From: Lophium mytilinum
Taxonomy: Eukaryota
DNA length: 64,000 nucleotides
NCBI GenBank assembly: GCA_010093605.1
Contig: MU004198.1
Coordinates: 994,726-1,058,725, forward strand
Direction of reading: 5' to 3'
Within the stretch, counting starts at the first letter, position 1; every line of letters starts with the position of its first letter. The notes under the pieces are model-generated. The model had not been told where the DNA came from and made no database searches. It saw only the letters and a list, made by a program, of their open reading frames with translations. This document shows positions 59,571-64,000 of the stretch, piece after piece. Made by a program: the position numbers and the translations under genes.

Positions 59571-61043
59571 TTCGCGCGCAATTCCCATTTCCCCTACCCT
59601 TTCCTCCTTGCACATCCTTGCCCAAACTTCCCTAATTACTCATCAAAGGTGTGTTCGATGAGGACTTTTCCGAGGCACACTAGTTTCTAAACTCCCACCT
59701 TTTTTTCATTGGTTCTCTCACTATATGTGGGACATCGAAGAAGAAAGCTTCAATCAATATCAACTCTTTTCGTCTCTTGCTCCAAGCATCGCCACTGTGG
59801 ACAGCTCCTCGTCCTCGTCTCCCTCATCGCCCTGCTCATCTTCTTCTCCAGATTTCGTCCCAGCCATACCAGTCAACGACCCCAGGACTCTCTCTTGCTC
59901 CCCCTCCACAATCACAGCTCCGCCACGATCTTTCCTCGCCGCTACTCTTCTATCCTATCATCCAAGGCCGAAGACTCGCTTATGTAGAAGACCTGTCCAG
60001 AACCACCTTCACCGTAAACACATCTATCCCTTTACTGCGCCGATAATCTAGCAAAATGTTCTTTGCCAATGGCCCAATAAATGGCTGCATCTCCGCCAGC
60101 ACGGGCGCATCCCAATAGCATCTGGCGCATCTGGCGCCCGGCAGCTTGGCGCTTCCCTACGGTAGGTGCCCTGTAGCTAGCCTTTGAACCGAGAGTGAAA
60201 TTTGTTCAGCGCGTTTTGCATTTGTGGCTTGGGTGGGTTGGCATAATCCACCCCCCGGATCTAATCATGTCTTGATGGTTCTATCGGCATCGAGCAGGAA
60301 GAATCAACCTTGCAGACGACAGTTGAAGACCGCTGGTGTCCTCCAAATGCCATACGCTTGTTTCGCAGACGCCAGTGTGCGATGCCGCAAGATGACGGTA
60401 ACAGGCTCGGCTGGAAGAAAGAACAGTTTACAGTGCGCTGATGAGGGGAGAGGTTCGTTGCAGCATAGCGCACTGTGCCTTTTGGGAGCATGGTGCGGGT
60501 ATGTCTCGTAAGACAGGAAACGAGTGGTTTCACTACACCAAACTTCTTTCTATCAATCTAGCACTTTCAAACAGTAGCCAATGAACACACAGAGATTTCA
60601 CAGAACGTCTGAACAGGCGCACAGGACGTCCCGGACAATGTTTGCAGTCGCTGTTACCACCATAGCGCTAGCATGTAAGAAGAACGTACCTTTGTACGTG
60701 ATACCTAATTACATCGTTCGTGAAAGATTGACTTTGTGTAGGGAGTCTTCATGTCTGAATTAGGGTTCCTGTTCCCTACGATTCCAATTTGGCTGCTTCG
60801 TATGCACTGCTACCTCGAAATGCTTGTCAGTAGCAGGCCGGATCGCCGTCAAGTACTCCTTCTTGCGCCTACTTTCATTTTCGCAGCAATACGTGAACAT
60901 TCTCCCAGCGCTGCTGATTGCTTTCTATCCACGCCCGCCTGGAATCGTCGGAGGCACAGTGGCATTACCCTCTACTATAAGAATAGTAGAGACCCACGGC
61001 CTACAACTAGCAGATCATCAGTAAACGCAGCACTAGCACCGCC

Positions 61044-61982
61044 ATGTCCGGCCCTTCAAATCCCTACGCAGTCCTTGACCTTCCTCACGACGTGGACGAA
61101 AAGGTCATCCGCTCCGCATACCACCGTCTCGCCCTCCTCCATCATCCAGACAGAGTGCGCAGTCCCAACGAACGCTCGGATAGTGAAGGAAAGTTTAGGG
61201 AAATCCAACACGCTTATGATGTGCTCAAGGATAGCACCAAGCGCGCAAAGCTCAACCGCAACTTGGGGCAATGGAGGCAAGGCGTGAGTTCACAGCGTTC
61301 TGCGAGCGCGAGTACATCTTCTGCTCCCGTTGATGTTGTCGGCTTTGACTTGGAGGAGTTTTTGAAGAGTCTCAAGACTAATAGTGCGCCGTGTCAAGAG
61401 GAAGGAAAAACCGCTTCCTCTACCGTAGATCCTCAGACAACAGAGGAGCGCCAGGCCAACGACATCCGCGACGCAGCCGCGTTGGCATTCGCTGAAGCTA
61501 CGGAGATGAAGAAGGAAGGGAACGAAGCCGTCGAGGAAGCCGCCAATGAGACAGGGAAGGCCAGATACACAGGTGGCCCCAAATCCCACCGTTATCTCAA
61601 CTCACGGAAGGGCACTCCCGAACACAGGACTCACACTGCGGCCACAGCGGCTGCGTACGACAAAACAGCTTCGTTCGGGACGATTGCGTACAAGCACTAT
61701 GGTGCCGCTGCCCAGGCTCGAGAAGACGCCGCTGATGGCTTCCAGAAGGCTGCAGATGCGTGGGCTAAGCTCTTCCGTACCTTCGATCTGAGTAGAGATC
61801 TTATCTTCGAAGATCGAGCTCTGCAAAATGTGTTACTGTGTAGAGAGAATGTGAAGGTCGCCAGAGGGCTCGTGGATATGGATCGGGAGATGGAGGAGCG
61901 TTGGGAGAAGCAGGTCGATCAGTGGTCCCGCTGGTCTTTGGCTTGGTTTGAGGAGGCTAAAGAGAGTGGACTTTCTCGCTAG
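61044..61982 (+). CDS. DnaJ (J-domain) protein, class C type
   Basis: NPYAVL...IRSAYHRLALLHHPDR...FREIQHAYDVLKD..KR; Ala-rich helical C-terminal region. Confidence 0.88.
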   Translation: MSGPSNPYAVLDLPHDVDEKVIRSAYHRLALLHHPDRVRSPNERSDSEGKFREIQHAYDVLKDSTKRAKLNRNLGQWRQGVSSQRSASASTSSAPVDVVGFDLEEFLKSLKTNSAPCQEEGKTASSTVDPQTTEERQANDIRDAAALAFAEATEMKKEGNEAVEEAANETGKARYTGGPKSHRYLNSRKGTPEHRTHTAATAAAYDKTASFGTIAYKHYGAAAQAREDAADGFQKAADAWAKLFRTFDLSRDLIFEDRALQNVLLCRENVKVARGLVDMDREMEERWEKQVDQWSRWSLAWFEEAKESGLSR

Positions 61983-62265
61983 CCCGTAGACAACGACGTC
62001 GAATGAAAACATATGGTTGAGTCGTTCAAGTATCGGTTGAGACGAGTCTTATTGAATAAATTCATAGTACTACGGATGTCCCATTTTCTGAATTATGTCC
62101 CTCGAAAAGACCACCTCATAGAAAAGCCACAAAACCAGCGGTGTCATTTAAAGGAACGTGTATCAGTGTTCTCCAACCAACATTTCTCTGCTTGCAATTT
62201 ACGTTCTAGCATAATCCGTCCATCACCGCTACTACTATGAACTGCCAGAGAGTGATGCATCCGTT

Positions 62266-64000
62266 TCAGCCATAGACTTCACGCGGGAACGTTGGCTCAG
62301 TCACTGATTGTATCTCTGGCATGCGATGCGGCAGCGCTTGAGGCATTGGCAGATGTTCTGCCTCCGTGGGGGTCGAAGCAGATTCGTTGGTCGAAGGGCG
62401 ACGTTGAATCTTGATCGGCACAAGCTGTTTCAATTTCTTGAACCCGTATCCGACCAAGGAAGAGTTGAACTTTTTACTCATCTCCTCAAGCGAGATCGCC
62501 TGATATCCGCGAGGTTAGCCAAGGTCGAAGAAGCGCAAGATGAACGAGACGGAGATCAGGTAGCCTACATGATCTGTGGAGGGGACGAAGAAGTAGACAA
62601 GAATTGCTCCAATAGCGCTCGTTCCGCTGCACGGACGGGTCAGTCGAATGCGGACTGTCTATCCTATAAAACAGAACTCACGTGAATACTCCAAAGAGCC
62701 TAGAAGCTCCCCATTTGAAGCCTCGCGGTACAAAGAGGGCGAGAATACCGGAACCTGAGACGTTAAATTAGACAAGTGTGCGTGGCCACACGGCCTTGGT
62801 TATTTCTAGATGGGGTATTGTCTTACCTACGAAATTCCAAAAGACGCCCCATGACATTCCGACCTCTGTCATCTGGTTAGTACTCTGTATGTGAACCAAC
62901 GTTGTCCATAATTTCGACATACCTCGGCCTTCGTTCGGCCAAACTTCTGCCGTATATATGAAAGGCACGGCACCAGCTCCAGGAGCATAGAAGAGAGTGA
63001 AAAACATGATGAAGACAATGACCACCCCCACCTTGTGAGGGTTCTCGTTGTCCAAGCGCAGTAAAAGAGCAACGCAGAGTAAAGAGACTGTACCGCCAAT
63101 TAGTGACACAAGGAGCAATGCTCGTCGCCCATATAATGCCTTTAGCAAACGCCTCTTAAAAGTCTGTCGATTCTTATGAGGCGCAACGGGGTTCACCTCC
63201 GGGTCGACAGGAAGAGGTTCGATAAGGAAGAACGCTATGATGGAAAATATGGTGAGTCCAGCACTCCAGCCCATGGAGAAGCGTAGACCGTCTTTGTCCG
63301 CGTGATTGTCGCTATTAAAGCCCAGGTCTGATAATACGAAGAAGGTGCTAGCAAGAAACGCAAGAGTGCTGTTGGACATTAGAAATTCGTCAAAAGATTA
63401 TTCGAGCATGAAAGACGATTGCCTACTTGATTCCTGATAGCTGTCTAATGTAGATTATCAGCGATTAGAGTTAGGACCCAATTTGACGGTAGCACGACTT
63501 ACTGAGCAACCATCTATCGAATTTGGTTAGCATAATTAACACGTTGAGCTTGGTGAAATGCTATTACTGACTACAATCCACGATGCTATCGCGGCACGTC
63601 GGTTTCTTGACAGCGTCAGCCTCAATTCTTCTCCAGGACCTATGTGAGAAAGATTACCGAGCAATAGTGACTAGCTTAGGAAGCCGTTCGCTATATCCGA
63701 TCGGACGTTGATATATGTCCAAATCGACTTTCTCCCGATGAAACAAAGCCCGTTCGGTCTATGAGGACTTTGTCAGCCATCGGTGATCAAAGCTTGGAAA
63801 ACCTAAGATTGGTATTTACCTGAACTTGAAAATATATGTAACAGAACTCCTCTGCTGCTAGTACTCGCTCTTTCCGAAGCTTTACGAGAGTGTGGAATGC
63901 CTAAAAAGATCGATTTAGCAAAGAGACTAGTGTCGCCTTTCTTGTGCAGGCGATGAAGCGCGAGCTGACCTTTTCATATTTTTGCCGTGTTATCAACCAT
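62266..64000 (-). CDS. MFS sugar-porter (myo-inositol transporter-like), 3' part only, multiple introns
   Basis: RNRRAAIASWIV, LSGIN, YGRRALLL, YAPGAGAVPFIYTAEVWP...EVGMS, YFFVP, SLEEM; runs off the window end. Confidence 0.85.

Overview
Eukaryotic DNA from a filamentous ascomycete, probably Dothideomycetes. Evidence: ~50-nt GT-AG introns with CTRAY branch sites, a standard genetic code and recognisable fungal gene families. Two conserved housekeeping blocks are present: RRB1, TEM1/spg1 and CSL4 at 6.8-11.5 kb; and GPI12, PTM1, NCS2, DCP2 and a DUF4112-like gene at 36-47.5 kb. They alternate with accessory regions. These hold tandem small membrane-protein paralogs (0.3-2.2 kb); an island of cullin-ligase adaptor genes (two F-box, two F-box-ankyrin, one BTB-like) enclosing a divergent hemerythrin/NAD(P)H-reductase pair (16-29 kb); a decayed block with a 162-bp repeat family, an SNF2-like fragment and a double Zn2Cys6 gene (29-35 kb); and an F-box/LRR-like gene with a pseudogenised paralog beside AT-rich RIP-like DNA (53-57.5 kb). 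A recurring local C-rich to G-rich switch, independent of gene strand, occurs at about ten sites. Splice models were read by eye. Family names come from motif recognition, not database searches.
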